Source: Longimicrobiales bacterium (GTDB lineage Bacteria; Gemmatimonadota; Gemmatimonadetes; Longimicrobiales; Gaopeijiaceae). Taken from it: a stretch of 64,000 nucleotides of DNA. Each line of letters starts with the position of its first letter. Position 1 is the first letter of the stretch. The stretch covers positions 480,001-544,000 of the forward strand of contig CBDCKN010000009.1 of assembly GCA_965218295.1 (NCBI GenBank). Reading direction: 5' to 3'. The translations under genes and the position numbers were made by a program. Below are positions 54,679 through 64,000 of this stretch, one piece after another. Under the pieces are notes generated by a model that was not told where the DNA came from, searched no databases, and saw only the letters and a program-made list of their open reading frames with translations.

Positions 54679-55824
54679 CTAGCGCGCGACGAACTCCACC
54701 CGGGCGAACACTCCCACGTGGTCGGAGGGCCTCAGGCCGGTCACGGTCTCGTCCGCCTCCAGGTCTCCTGTGATGGCGAAGTTGACGACGTTGGCCCTCA
54801 GGTCCCGCGTCCCACGTGCCATCACGTAGTCGATCCGCTCGAAGAGCCCGCTGGTCCGAAGATCAGGGTGGAAGCAGCACGTATATCCGGGGAGGAACCC
54901 GCGCGCCATGGAGCTCGTCTGGGCGTCTTCGAAGTCCGCGTTCAGCAAGATCGGATACGTCGCGGTGGTGGCCGCGTCCGGAAGCGCATTCAAGTCCCCG
55001 ATGAGAAGCGTGGGGACCTGGAGGCTCGAGAGCATCCCGATCAGCTCGGCGGCCTGCGACTCCTGAGTGGTCGGACCCGTCTCGTCGGTCTCGAGGTGTG
55101 TGTTCACGATATGGAACGGCTGATCCTCCATCATCAGATCGACCCGGTTCCAGCCGCGCCGGATGGTTATCGGCAACGCCCCGCCCACCGGAATGGTGAC
55201 GTTCAGCGCGAAGTTGCGCGAGCTCTCGCCGGTGATCTGGATTCCGTCGCGCACCAGGATCACATCGTGGTCCGTCCAGCGAAGGTCCATCAGGCCCGAC
55301 GTCGTGACCGCGGGAAGCTCGATATCCGCGTTCTCCACCACCGATGCGATCGTGTAGTCCAGACCACGCGCCTTCAAGGCATCCAGCAGGAGCAGCAGGT
55401 AGTCGTACTCGACCACCGTCGCCGCCTGCCGGTTCCCCTCCAGGAAGTCGCCTGGATTCTGGACCCGGAACGTCGCGACCTCCTGTAGTCCGATCACATC
55501 GGGACGGGTGCTCTGGATCTCGCGCGCGAGCGCGTCCGCTCGTGCGCGAAAGTCGTTCAAGACGATCCTGTTCCAGGCTTGACCTACGAGCTCCGGAATC
55601 TGCTGCGGCGAGCCGGCGGCCATGATGGGGTCGAGGTCGGCGCCCAGGTAGATATTTCGCGACATGACCGTGATGGCGCGGGTGGGTGGAGTGACCTGCT
55701 CCTGCTCAGAGGCCCCTTCCTCCGCCGGCAGGAAGTCTTCCTCGACATCCGTCGGATTGCGATCGCACGCGGTCGCGGCGATCGCCAAAGAGGCGACGGT
55801 CAGTACGGAGAGTAGACACTTCAT
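54679..55824 (-). CDS. Endonuclease/exonuclease/phosphatase-family lipoprotein
   Basis: Lipobox ATAC; VMSRNIY, IGLQEV, NTHLE, IGDLN, RIDYV, PSDH. Confidence 0.9.
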   Translation of the reverse strand: MKCLLSVLTVASLAIAATACDRNPTDVEEDFLPAEEGASEQEQVTPPTRAITVMSRNIYLGADLDPIMAAGSPQQIPELVGQAWNRIVLNDFRARADALAREIQSTRPDVIGLQEVATFRVQNPGDFLEGNRQAATVVEYDYLLLLLDALKARGLDYTIASVVENADIELPAVTTSGLMDLRWTDHDVILVRDGIQITGESSRNFALNVTIPVGGALPITIRRGWNRVDLMMEDQPFHIVNTHLETDETGPTTQESQAAELIGMLSSLQVPTLLIGDLNALPDAATTATYPILLNADFEDAQTSSMARGFLPGYTCCFHPDLRTSGLFERIDYVMARGTRDLRANVVNFAITGDLEADETVTGLRPSDHVGVFARVEFVAR

Positions 55825-56015
55825 GGTGTCCTCCTTGCTCGTTGACGAAGGCGGTGTTTCCGCTCTCCAAAGAGGATGCCATGAGGCGTGGTCGAGCTGG
55901 ATACGACATAGTACGTAGTCGCGCGCAGAGATGACGTAGGCGTTCCGGGCGGAAGTGGGATGGCTGGAAGGCGGTTTGCCCGGATGTAGAGCTTTCGGCG
56001 GAACAGGACCGGTAC

Positions 56016-58647
56016 ATGCGTCTGGTTAGGCTCATCGGGATTCTGGGAACGGTGTTGGCGGCCCTCGCATCGCCATCGGTCCTTCTCGCTCAAAGCTCTC
56101 CCAAGAGCGCCTACGCCACCCGCGTAGGGGGCCGAGCCCCGTCGGTCGACGGCGTGCTGGACGATCCGGCATGGAGTGCCGTCGCCCCGATTCGTGATTT
56201 CTCCCAGAAGGTGCCCCTTGAGGGTGCGGAACCGTCAGTTGCCACCGAGGTCCGGCTGGTCTACAACGGCGATGCCCTCTACGTCGGTGCCCGCATGCAT
56301 CACCCCGATCCTGCGAGCATCCGCACCACGCTGACGCGCCGCGACGGGAGCAGCGACGCGGAGCGGCTCGTCATCTCCCTCGACACGTATCTCGACAGGC
56401 GAACCGCCTACAGCTTCGGCGTATCGGCAGCGGGCGTACGCTTCGACACGTTCCACCCGGAAGACAGGGACACTGGCGAGTCACAGTTTGACCCGGTGTG
56501 GACGGCGCGCGTGCGCATCGACCATCAGGGGTGGACCGCGGAAATGCGCATCCCGTTCACCCAGTTGCGGTTCAACGCGGCCGACCCGCAGGTGTGGGGA
56601 CTCGAGATCGCCCGGTTCATTCCAGAGCGGAACGAAGAGATCCAATGGGTTCTGATCCCCCGCGAGGCGGCGGGCTACGCGTCGAACTTCGGCACCCTGA
56701 ACGGGATCGAGGGCATCCGGCCCTCACGCAGGATCGAGATTCTGCCGTATGCCGCCGGCGATCTGACGCTCCGGTCCGACATCGATCCCGATGATCCGTT
56801 CGACCAGAAGACGCGGGGACGCGCGGGGGCGGACCTGAAGATGGGTCTGGGCCCCAACCTCACGCTTGACGTCACCGGGAATCCCGACTTTGGGCAGGTC
56901 GAAGCGGACCCCGCCGAGGTGAACCTGACGGCGTTCGAGACCTTTTTCCCCGAGCGCCGGCCGTTCTTCATCGAGGGGAGCGGGATGCTCGACGGCCAGC
57001 AGGGCTACATCACACTGCCGAAGTGGTACTACTCCCGTCGCATCGGCGCGCCACCGGGGGGGAGTGCCGACGGGGACTTCGGTAAAACGACCGGCCAGCA
57101 CGACCATCGCGTCGGCCGCCAAGATCACCGGACGTCTCGCTTCGGGCCTGTCAGTGGGGGCGCTCGCGGCGGTCACACCGCGCGAGTACGCGCGGACCTA
57201 CGAGGTGGCCTCGGGCCTGACGACGGAGGTGCCGGTGGAGCCGGCGTCGACCTATGGAGTGGTCCGACTCCAGCGGGAGGTCGGCCGCCAGCAGTCGGCG
57301 ATCGGAGTGGTGCTGACCGGTACCAGGCGATTCCTCGATGACGGTGATCCAATGTCGGACCTGATGAGCCGGGCAGCATACACCGCTGGGATTGACTGGA
57401 AGGCCCGGCTCAAGGACGGGATGTACGAGTTGACCGGCTTCGTCGGTGGGAGCAGGGTCGAGGGCGACTCCCTCGCCATGCAGCGGCTCCAGCGCTCGTC
57501 GGCCCGCTACTTCCAGCGACCTGACCAGACCTACGTCACCTACGACCCTCACCAGACGTCGTTGAGTGGCTACAGTGCTGGCGTCCGGGCCGACAAGAAC
57601 GCCGGAAGGTGGACATTGTGGGGCATCGGGCTGATCACTCGGTCACCGGGCTTCGAGATCAACGACCTGGGGCAGATGCGGTCGTCGGACGACATCGATT
57701 TCCACGCCGACTACCAGCTGCGCGACACTCAGCCTGGGAAGATCTTCCGCTTCTGGCAGTTCGGTCACGACACGCAGTCGAGCTGGTCGTACGGCGGCGT
57801 GCGGCGGAACTCGAGCCTGAACCAGAGGCTCACGCTCGACTTCCATAACTTCTGGAACTTCAGGTACTCCACGTCCCGCACGTTCCGGGGCATGAGCGAC
57901 AAGTTGACGCGCGGCGGGCCGCTCATGGGCACGCCAAGCGGTTGGCAATACCAGGCCAGGCTCACGGGAAACCCCGGCGCGCGCATCGCGTGGAACACAC
58001 AATTCACTTACTTCCACGACGAGCTCGACGGGTGGCGGCGCCAGCTGAATGGCGGCCTCCAGTTCCGGCTTGCGCCCCGGTGGCAGGCGTCCGTCAACCT
58101 GGCCTACTCGCGGTCGCTGGACCCACGGCAGTACGTCACGACGCGGGACGACGGTTCCGCCGTCACGTATGGAGACCGGTACATCTTCTCCCACATCGAA
58201 CGCTCGCAGCTGTCCACGCCCATCCGGCTCAACTATGCCCTCAGTCCTGATCTCACGATCGAGATCTACGCGGAGCCCTTCGCCGCGAGCGGCCGGTACT
58301 CGGACTTGGGCGAGCTTCCCGCCCCCGAGGCCCGGGACCTGCGCACGTACGGTACCGACGGAACGACCATTACCCGACAGGCTGACGGGTCCAACCTGGT
58401 CACCGACGGAGCGACGAGCTTCACCATTGGCAACCTCGACTTCAACCGGCTGTTCCTGCGCTCGAACGTGGTGATCCGGTGGGAATGGGCACCGGGCAGC
58501 ACGCTATACGTGATCTGGCAGCAGAACCGGACTGCGTTCACGAGCACCGGCGAGCTCATTGGGGTCGGCTCCCTCGGCGACGCTATCACCGCGCCGGGAG
58601 ACAACTTCCTGGCGCTGAAGGCGAGCTACTGGATCGGGCTCAGGTAG
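56016..58647 (+). CDS. CBM9-like + DUF5916 outer-membrane protein, frameshift near 57080
   Basis: VDGVLDDPAW, WTAEMRIPF, NPDFGQVEAD, FFPERRPFF, LKASYW. Confidence 0.85.
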
Positions 58648-58664
58648 GGGGGGAGCGAGGCATC

Positions 58665-59625
58665 ATGGCAACGACGAGCGGGACGACTCGACGCGACTTC
58701 CTGATGCAGCTGCCGAGCCTCGGCGTCCTGCTGTCCCGACCCGGCGGGATTCTCGTGCAGGAGACTCTGCCCACGCAGGAGACCCTGCCCACGCAGGAGA
58801 CGCTGCCCACCCGAGCCATACCAACCAGCGGTGAGACCCTGCCCGTAGTCGGGCTGGGATCCACGAAGCCCGTCCTTGAAATCCCGCACGAAGGCACGGG
58901 GCCCATAGCGTCCGTGATGCGAACGCTCGTCGAGCACGGGGGCCGCGTCGTCGACACCTCGCCCCGAACCGAGGAGGTCGACGCCGAGTTCGGTCGAGTG
59001 CTGATGGCACCGGACTTACGCGACCGCCTCTTTCTCGCCACCAAGATCAACACGGACGGGAGAGAAGCCGGCATCGCGCAGATGCGGCAGACGCAAAGGC
59101 TCTTCGGCCCGGCGCGCCCTGGACTTGGTCCAGGTCGAGAGCATGCGAGACTTGGAGGCCCATTGGCCCAACGTTCGTGAGTGGAAGGAGACGGGTGCGG
59201 CGCGTTACATCGGCGTGACGGTTTCCAGTGACCGCCTGCACGATCGCCTGGAATCGTTTATGAAAACGGAGCCGCTGGACTTCGTGCACATGAACTACTC
59301 GGTGATGGAAACCCGAGCGGAGGAGCGCCTCCTACCGCTGGCCCAGGATCTCGGGATGGCAGTCCTGATCAACAGACCGTTCATGAACGGCAGCTACTTC
59401 GGGCGGGTCAGCGGGCGGGCCCTGCCGGAATGGGCCGCCGAATTCGACTGCGCGAGCTGGGCGCAGTTCTCACTCAAATACATTCTCGCCCATCCCGCGG
59501 TGACGTGCGTCCTGACCGAGACCACGAATCCGGAGCACATGGAGGAGAATATCCAGGCTGCTCTCGGCCGCCTGCCGGACCAGGCGACCAAGCGGCGCAT
59601 GCGGGAGCTGGTTCAAGACATCTGA
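58665..59625 (+). CDS. Aldo/keto reductase with Tat-like signal, frameshift near 59110
   Basis: TRRDFL, GETLPVVGLGS, VDTSP, FLATK, RYIGVT, SWAQFSLKYILAHPAVT. Confidence 0.85.
58758..58811 (+). repeat. 18-bp in-frame tandem repeat x3 (QETLPT)3
   Basis: CAGGAGAC(T/C/G)CTGCCCAC(G/C) three times. Confidence 0.9.
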
Positions 59626-59681
59626 GCTCGTGGGCCCTCCCGAGTACACGTCGACGACGCGGCGGGCACCGGTAGGGGGGC

Positions 59682-61185
59682 TCAGGCCGTCGGCTGCACG
59701 TTCGCGTTTAGCCGGAACAGGTTCGTCGGGTCGTAGCGGTTCTTGATCTGCACGAGCCGGGCGTGGTTCCGCCGGTAGTTGGCATTGATCTCCTCCGCCG
59801 TCTCCTGGTCGACCTCGTTGGTATAGAACCCGCTGGTGAAGGGTTCGAGCTCGGCCCAGTACCGTCTGATCCAGTCGACGTGCGCGGTCGAGTCATCGCC
59901 CACGTTCCAGCCGACGGCGTTCAGCATGTTGAGCTGTGCGTACCGGTGCGCGAACGACGTCGCGTCCGGCGCCGCTCGCCCGATGGCTCCTCCGGCGTGC
60001 TGGAAGAACAGCTGGGTTGCGCGTCTGGGATGTCCCTCGAAGTTCTCCACGATGGCGGTGGCGAGGTCCGGCGCGATTTCGGTGACGAAGCCGCTCTTCA
60101 GGTAGCTACCCAAGGCGCGCGGGTCGTCGACGTCACCCGATCGCTGAAGCGCCACGTAGTCCATGGCCGCGAGACCGTCCATTGCCGGCGTGCCCCAGCC
60201 GCGAATCGGCGCGAGCGCTTTCTCCGCCCCGCTCTCAGGCCCGGAGTAACAGACGCTGAACCCCGCCACGCCGTCCACACCCCCCGGAGGATACGCCATG
60301 AAGTAGTCCATATAGAGCTCGTCGGGAGCTTCGAGGGCGTAGTCGGCGTAGAACTTCAGGGCGTCGAGAGCCTTGGCGATGGGGAACATGATGCGGCCGC
60401 CGACGACCTGACGTTGCATGGGATGCAGCTGGAACTCGAAGGAAGTGACCACACCGAAGTTCCCACCACCCCCGCGCACTCCCCAATAGAGATCCTCGTT
60501 CTCGTCTTTGTTGGCACGACGGAGCTTGCCGTCGGCCGTCACCACGTCCACGGCCATAACGTTGTCGAGGGCGAGACCGAACCGGCGCGCCACGCGACCG
60601 AATCCGCCGCCCAGGGTCAAGCCGCTCACACCGGTGTGCGACACGGTCCCCATGGGCGTCACCAACCCGTACGACATGGCCTCGTGGTCGAGCAGGCCCA
60701 TCAGCGTCCCCCCCGCGACCCGGGCTCTCCTGTCCACCGGATCGACGCGGACGCCCCGGATTGGCGAGAGATCGATCATCATGCCGCGGTCGCACGTGGA
60801 CTTTCCGGACGGGCTGTGACCGCCGCACTTCACCGCCACTAGCAGGCTGTTCTCCCGTGCGAAATCCACCGCGCTCGCTACGTCGGCGGCACCGGTCGCC
60901 TGAACGATGAGGGCGGGGTGCTTGTCGATGGAGGCGTTGAGCACGCGCCGAGCGTCGTCGTAGCCCTCGTCGTCAGCCAGGAGCAGGTGCCCTTTCAAGC
61001 TGGCGGCCAGCTCCTGGACTGCCTTGCCCTTCAGCGAGACTTCCCGGCCGTCTCCCGTGATGGCATCGACGTCGGGGGGCCACCTGGGCCACCGGCCAGT
61101 AGAGAGCGGCCAGCGACCGCCTCCCTGGAATCGAGGTGGCGACCGCAGCCGCGATCGTGGATCGGAGGAAGGTCCGTCGTTTCAT
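59682..61185 (-). CDS. FAD-binding oxidoreductase (berberine-bridge-enzyme family) with Tat signal, frameshift near 61075
   Basis: MKRRTFLR; KCGGHS, GLTLGGG, GGGGNFGVVT, KNRYDPTNLFRLN. Confidence 0.9.
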
Positions 61186-61602
61186 GACTGAGCGCTCCGT
61201 TGGCAGGGAGATTCCAGTTGGACGAGCGGGAGCAGAAGGGCAGACTGGGGGATTACCAAGGTTTTTGCAAGAAATCGAAGGGGCCTTGTACCCGGCATGG
61301 GGCGGGCCTTCGTACGGGAGATGCGACACGCCTCCGATACTACGCGAGGCCTCGGGGAATAAGTGCAGAGAAGGAGGGGAGTGCAAAGAAGGAGGAAAAG
61401 GGAATCGTGGGACGCAAAGGTGTGTGTCTCGAGTGTCGTAGTCGGCCTTGGGATGCAGGAATGTAGAAGAAACGCGGCCGTGCGACTTCCGTGGGCGTGA
61501 CGATGAGCGGGCTCTTGCACAGCATCGCCGCCCCACCCACGATTGTCCAATACAGCTGCATCTTGAAGAGGAGTCATCGCAGTACGGCCAGGAGGAGTGG
61601 CG

Positions 61603-62254
61603 ATGCCCCACGAGACGGCCACTAGAGTCCTCGAAGTCTTCACGGACTTCGTCTGACCCTGGTGCTACCTGAGCGCCGGGCGCGTTCGCAGGCTGGAAGC
61701 CGCGTACGACCTCGATGTCCGGTACACCTACTTTCCCCTCCACCCCGAGACCCCCCCTGAGGGGCGCTCCCTCGTGGATCTGTTCGCCGGTCGTGAGGAG
61801 AGGCTGGCCGGCATGCGCTCGCGTCTCGTCGCGCTCATGGACGAAGAAGGCCTAGAGTACGGTGACCGCACCCACACATACAACAGCCGCCTTGGCCCAG
61901 GAGCTGGCGGTGTGGGGCGATGAAGAATCTGTGACCGATGCCCTCCACGACGCCCTCTACCGCGCATACTTTGTCGATGTCCGGAACCTGGCCGAGACTG
62001 ACGTGCTCGTGGATGTAGCCGAATCCGTGGGGCTCGACGGGACGCGGGCCCGGGCCGTCGTCGAGGAGCGCCCGCACCGGGAGACCATCGACGACCACTG
62101 GCGGCGCGCCACCGAGATGGGCGTCACTGGGGTTCCGACCTTCGTCTCGGAAGGCTTCGGCGTGGTGGGCGCCCAGCCGTACGACATCCTCGAGGACCTC
62201 GTGACCAGGGCAGGGGCCGTTAGACGCCGGGCGGCTGGGGGAGCGGAGCGATGA
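61603..62254 (+). CDS. DsbA/FrnE-family probable selenoprotein (DFV-U-PWCY), one frameshift near 61892
   Basis: GGAGGAG RBS, ATG 61603, TGA 61654-61656 at the first Cys of CPWC; FPLHPETP, GVTGVPTF, GAQP. Confidence 0.85.
61668..61692 (+). promoter_or_regulatory. Candidate SECIS (CCTG-A-GCGC-CGG-GCGC-GTTCG-CAGG)
   Basis: Loop starts 20 nt after UGA; G at loop position 2. Confidence 0.55.
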
Positions 62255-62290
62255 GCCTCGAGGCGGAGCGATGAACCGAGGAGCAGGCCG

Positions 62291-62808
62291 ATGAGCCCTG
62301 TGGGAGCGCTGGGGGCCGCATGGGGCGTCGGTGGGGTCGGTCTCCTCCTCGGGGGCGCGCGTCTACCGGCTGACCACTGTCGCCGTTCGTGCCTTCGACT
62401 ATCCCCTCGACATCCGCCACTGGGTCTTCCTAGTGGTTTGGGGTGGCCCTCATGGTCGTCCTGGAGGGGTACCTCGGCTTTCAACGGTCCTTCTCTCCGC
62501 GCGTGGCTGCCCGGGCGAAGTACCTGACAAAGCACCCGCACGCGGTCCGCTCGCTCCTCGCGCCGTTTTTCTGCATTGGGTATTTCCATGCCATCCGCCG
62601 CGTACAGATCCGGTCGATCCTGCTGACCATCGGCATCGTGGGCCTGGTGTTGGCCGTTCACCGGATGGTTCAGCCGTGGCGCGGGATCGTTGATCTGGGG
62701 GTCCTGCTCGGCCTGACCTGGGGGATCATCAGCATCGGTGTGTTCACCTTCATGGCCTTCGCCACTGACGGGTTCGACCATCCGCCTGAGACTCCGGCCG
62801 ACGCGTAG
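62291..62808 (+). CDS. Conserved membrane protein, frameshifted
   Basis: WGVGGV..., EGYLGFQRSFSPRVAARA, APFFCIGYF, QPWRGIVDLGV. Confidence 0.65.
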
Positions 62809-62921
62809 AGTCTGCCGAGCCGCCGCAGCGCCCGACTCCCTACCTTGCCGTTCACCCCCCCGCGGGGCATCGTGGTGAGGAGGCGATTCACAGGTCTGTC
62901 ATGGGGTCCGGAGGTGTTGAG

Positions 62922-63297
62922 ATGAACGGGAAGATCCGAGCTTCGGTGGCGATTCTCGCAGCGGGTTTGACGGCGGGCTGTGTCGTGGCGGCCGCGGGAG
63001 CGGGAGCCGCTGCCGGGATCCACCTGACCTCCCAGGGTGCCGAGGCGGAGGTTCAGTCGAACATCCAGGGCGCCACGGGCCGCCTTTAAGCGGATGGGCA
63101 TCGAGATCACCGGGGAGAGCATGGAGGATTCCGGCAGCAAGCGTGAGCTCAAGGGCTCGGTGGACGAGCTGGACGTAACGGTGTCGCTCGAGGCCCGCGA
63201 CCGCGGGACCCACCTCGAGGTTTCGACCAGGCGCAACTTTGCCTCCTGGGATCAGGATTACGCGGAGCGGTTGCTGGCAGAGATCGTCGGGGGGTAA
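62922..63297 (+). CDS. DUF3568-like lipoprotein, frameshifted
   Basis: Lipobox TAGC followed by VVAAAGAGAAAG. Confidence 0.6.
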
Positions 63298-63334
63298 CGC
63301 GCGCAGGAAGTCTCACTGCCCCATCGTTCTCACT

Positions 63335-63745
63335 CTACCCTGGCTGCTTCAACGTCACCCTGATCGCACCGTCGCTGTGGCTCGAGCCGTAGCGTAGGGC
63401 GGCGTCGTTCGGGTCGAGGTACCGTATTTCCTGCACCAGGGAGGGCCGGAGGCGTCCCAGCACGCGCGTGGATCCCCTCAGGACCCCATCGATGTAGACC
63501 GGTATTGTGGACTCCTCATAGATGGTGACCATGCCGCGTCCACGCACCCTCAGCCACCTGGGCCGCAGTCGACGTATGGCGTCGAAGACATTCGGCTGCA
63601 TGAAGTCGGCCAGATCGGCGGCCGTGATCAGGTTCGGGTTTCTGTTCGCGCCGGCGGCCCTGCCCGACGTGGTCCCGGTACTGGAGCAAGCCGCCGAAGC
63701 GGTCGCGAGAGCCAGCACGAGGAAGACAACCGACGGTTTTGTCAT
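63335..63745 (-). CDS. Small lipoprotein resembling a stand-alone TonB-receptor plug domain
   Basis: SAAC lipobox; LITAADL, DAIRRLRPRWL, VYIDG, IRYL..DAALRYG...GAIRV. Confidence 0.7.
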   Translation of the reverse strand: MTKPSVVFLVLALATASAACSSTGTTSGRAAGANRNPNLITAADLADFMQPNVFDAIRRLRPRWLRVRGRGMVTIYEESTIPVYIDGVLRGSTRVLGRLRPSLVQEIRYLDPNDAALRYGSSHSDGAIRVTLKQPG

Positions 63746-63909
63746 GGTTCGACCGGCTCCGTAAAGGGCGAGATGGCCTGGGCGCAGCGGGCACGGTATC
63801 GGTAAATATGCTGTGATGGAGCGGGGAGAGCCAGCCTGTGTTCGGTCGAGCCACCCCCGGCAGATTGCAGCCTGCCGGGGTAAGGGGGGCTTCGTGTAGG
63901 CGTGCATCC

Positions 63910-63959
63910 ACGTTTCCGCGGAAACGTCACTGGACTTAGTCTAGGACTTAGTCTATATT
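63910..63959 (+). promoter_or_regulatory. Probable TA promoter/operator: TGGACT-N17-TATATT overlapped by two GGACTTAGTCTA repeats, preceded by palindrome ACGTTTCCGCGGAAACGT
   Basis: Direct reading; ATG follows 5 nt after the -10. Confidence 0.65.
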
Positions 63960-63964
63960 GCGAC

Positions 63965-64000
63965 ATGGCCAAGGTGAACATCCACGAAGCGAAGACGCAC
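63965..64000 (+). CDS. Phd/YefM-family antitoxin (start only; runs off the window)
   Basis: MAKVNIHEAKTH signature. Confidence 0.8.
   Translation, partial: MAKVNIHEAKTH

Noticed and set aside
61362..61395. Two 16-bp purine-rich direct repeats (AGTGCA(G/A)AGAAGGAGG)
   Set aside because: Only two low-complexity units with a 2-bp spacer; not CRISPR, and no function supportable

Overview
GC-rich bacterial window, probably Gemmatimonadota (inferred from characteristic Ser/Thr-kinase, ADOP permease and small lipoprotein families). Many single-base frameshifts suggest a long-read assembly. The main hidden signal is a set of four probable selenoproteins missed by the ORF track. In each, an in-frame TGA sits exactly at the first Cys of a redox or metal motif and is followed 19-23 nt later by a SECIS-like hairpin: a MerP-like HMA protein (GMT-U-DGC), a UGSC protein (D-U-GSC), a TlpA-like/TPR/DsbD-N-like protein (W-U-AGC) and a DsbA/FrnE protein (V-U-PWC). 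Three lie in one co-oriented run (4.5-12.6 kb) with a mercury cluster: merR split by an IS, merB, merT, Sec-merP and two MerR-type promoters, with no merA in the window. The 16-52 kb middle is a decaying sugar/sugar-acid catabolic patchwork (enolase-like, OYE, NRAMP-like, DUF993, MFS, Gfo/Idh/MocA, ThuA, kdgK, uxuA, uxuB-like, eda). The window carries 4 IS3-family copies, 5 copies of one IS256 and 1 of a second IS256, most bounded by target-site duplications. The right end holds ordinary genes and the start of a Phd/YefM antitoxin. No rRNA, tRNA or CRISPR array was recognised.
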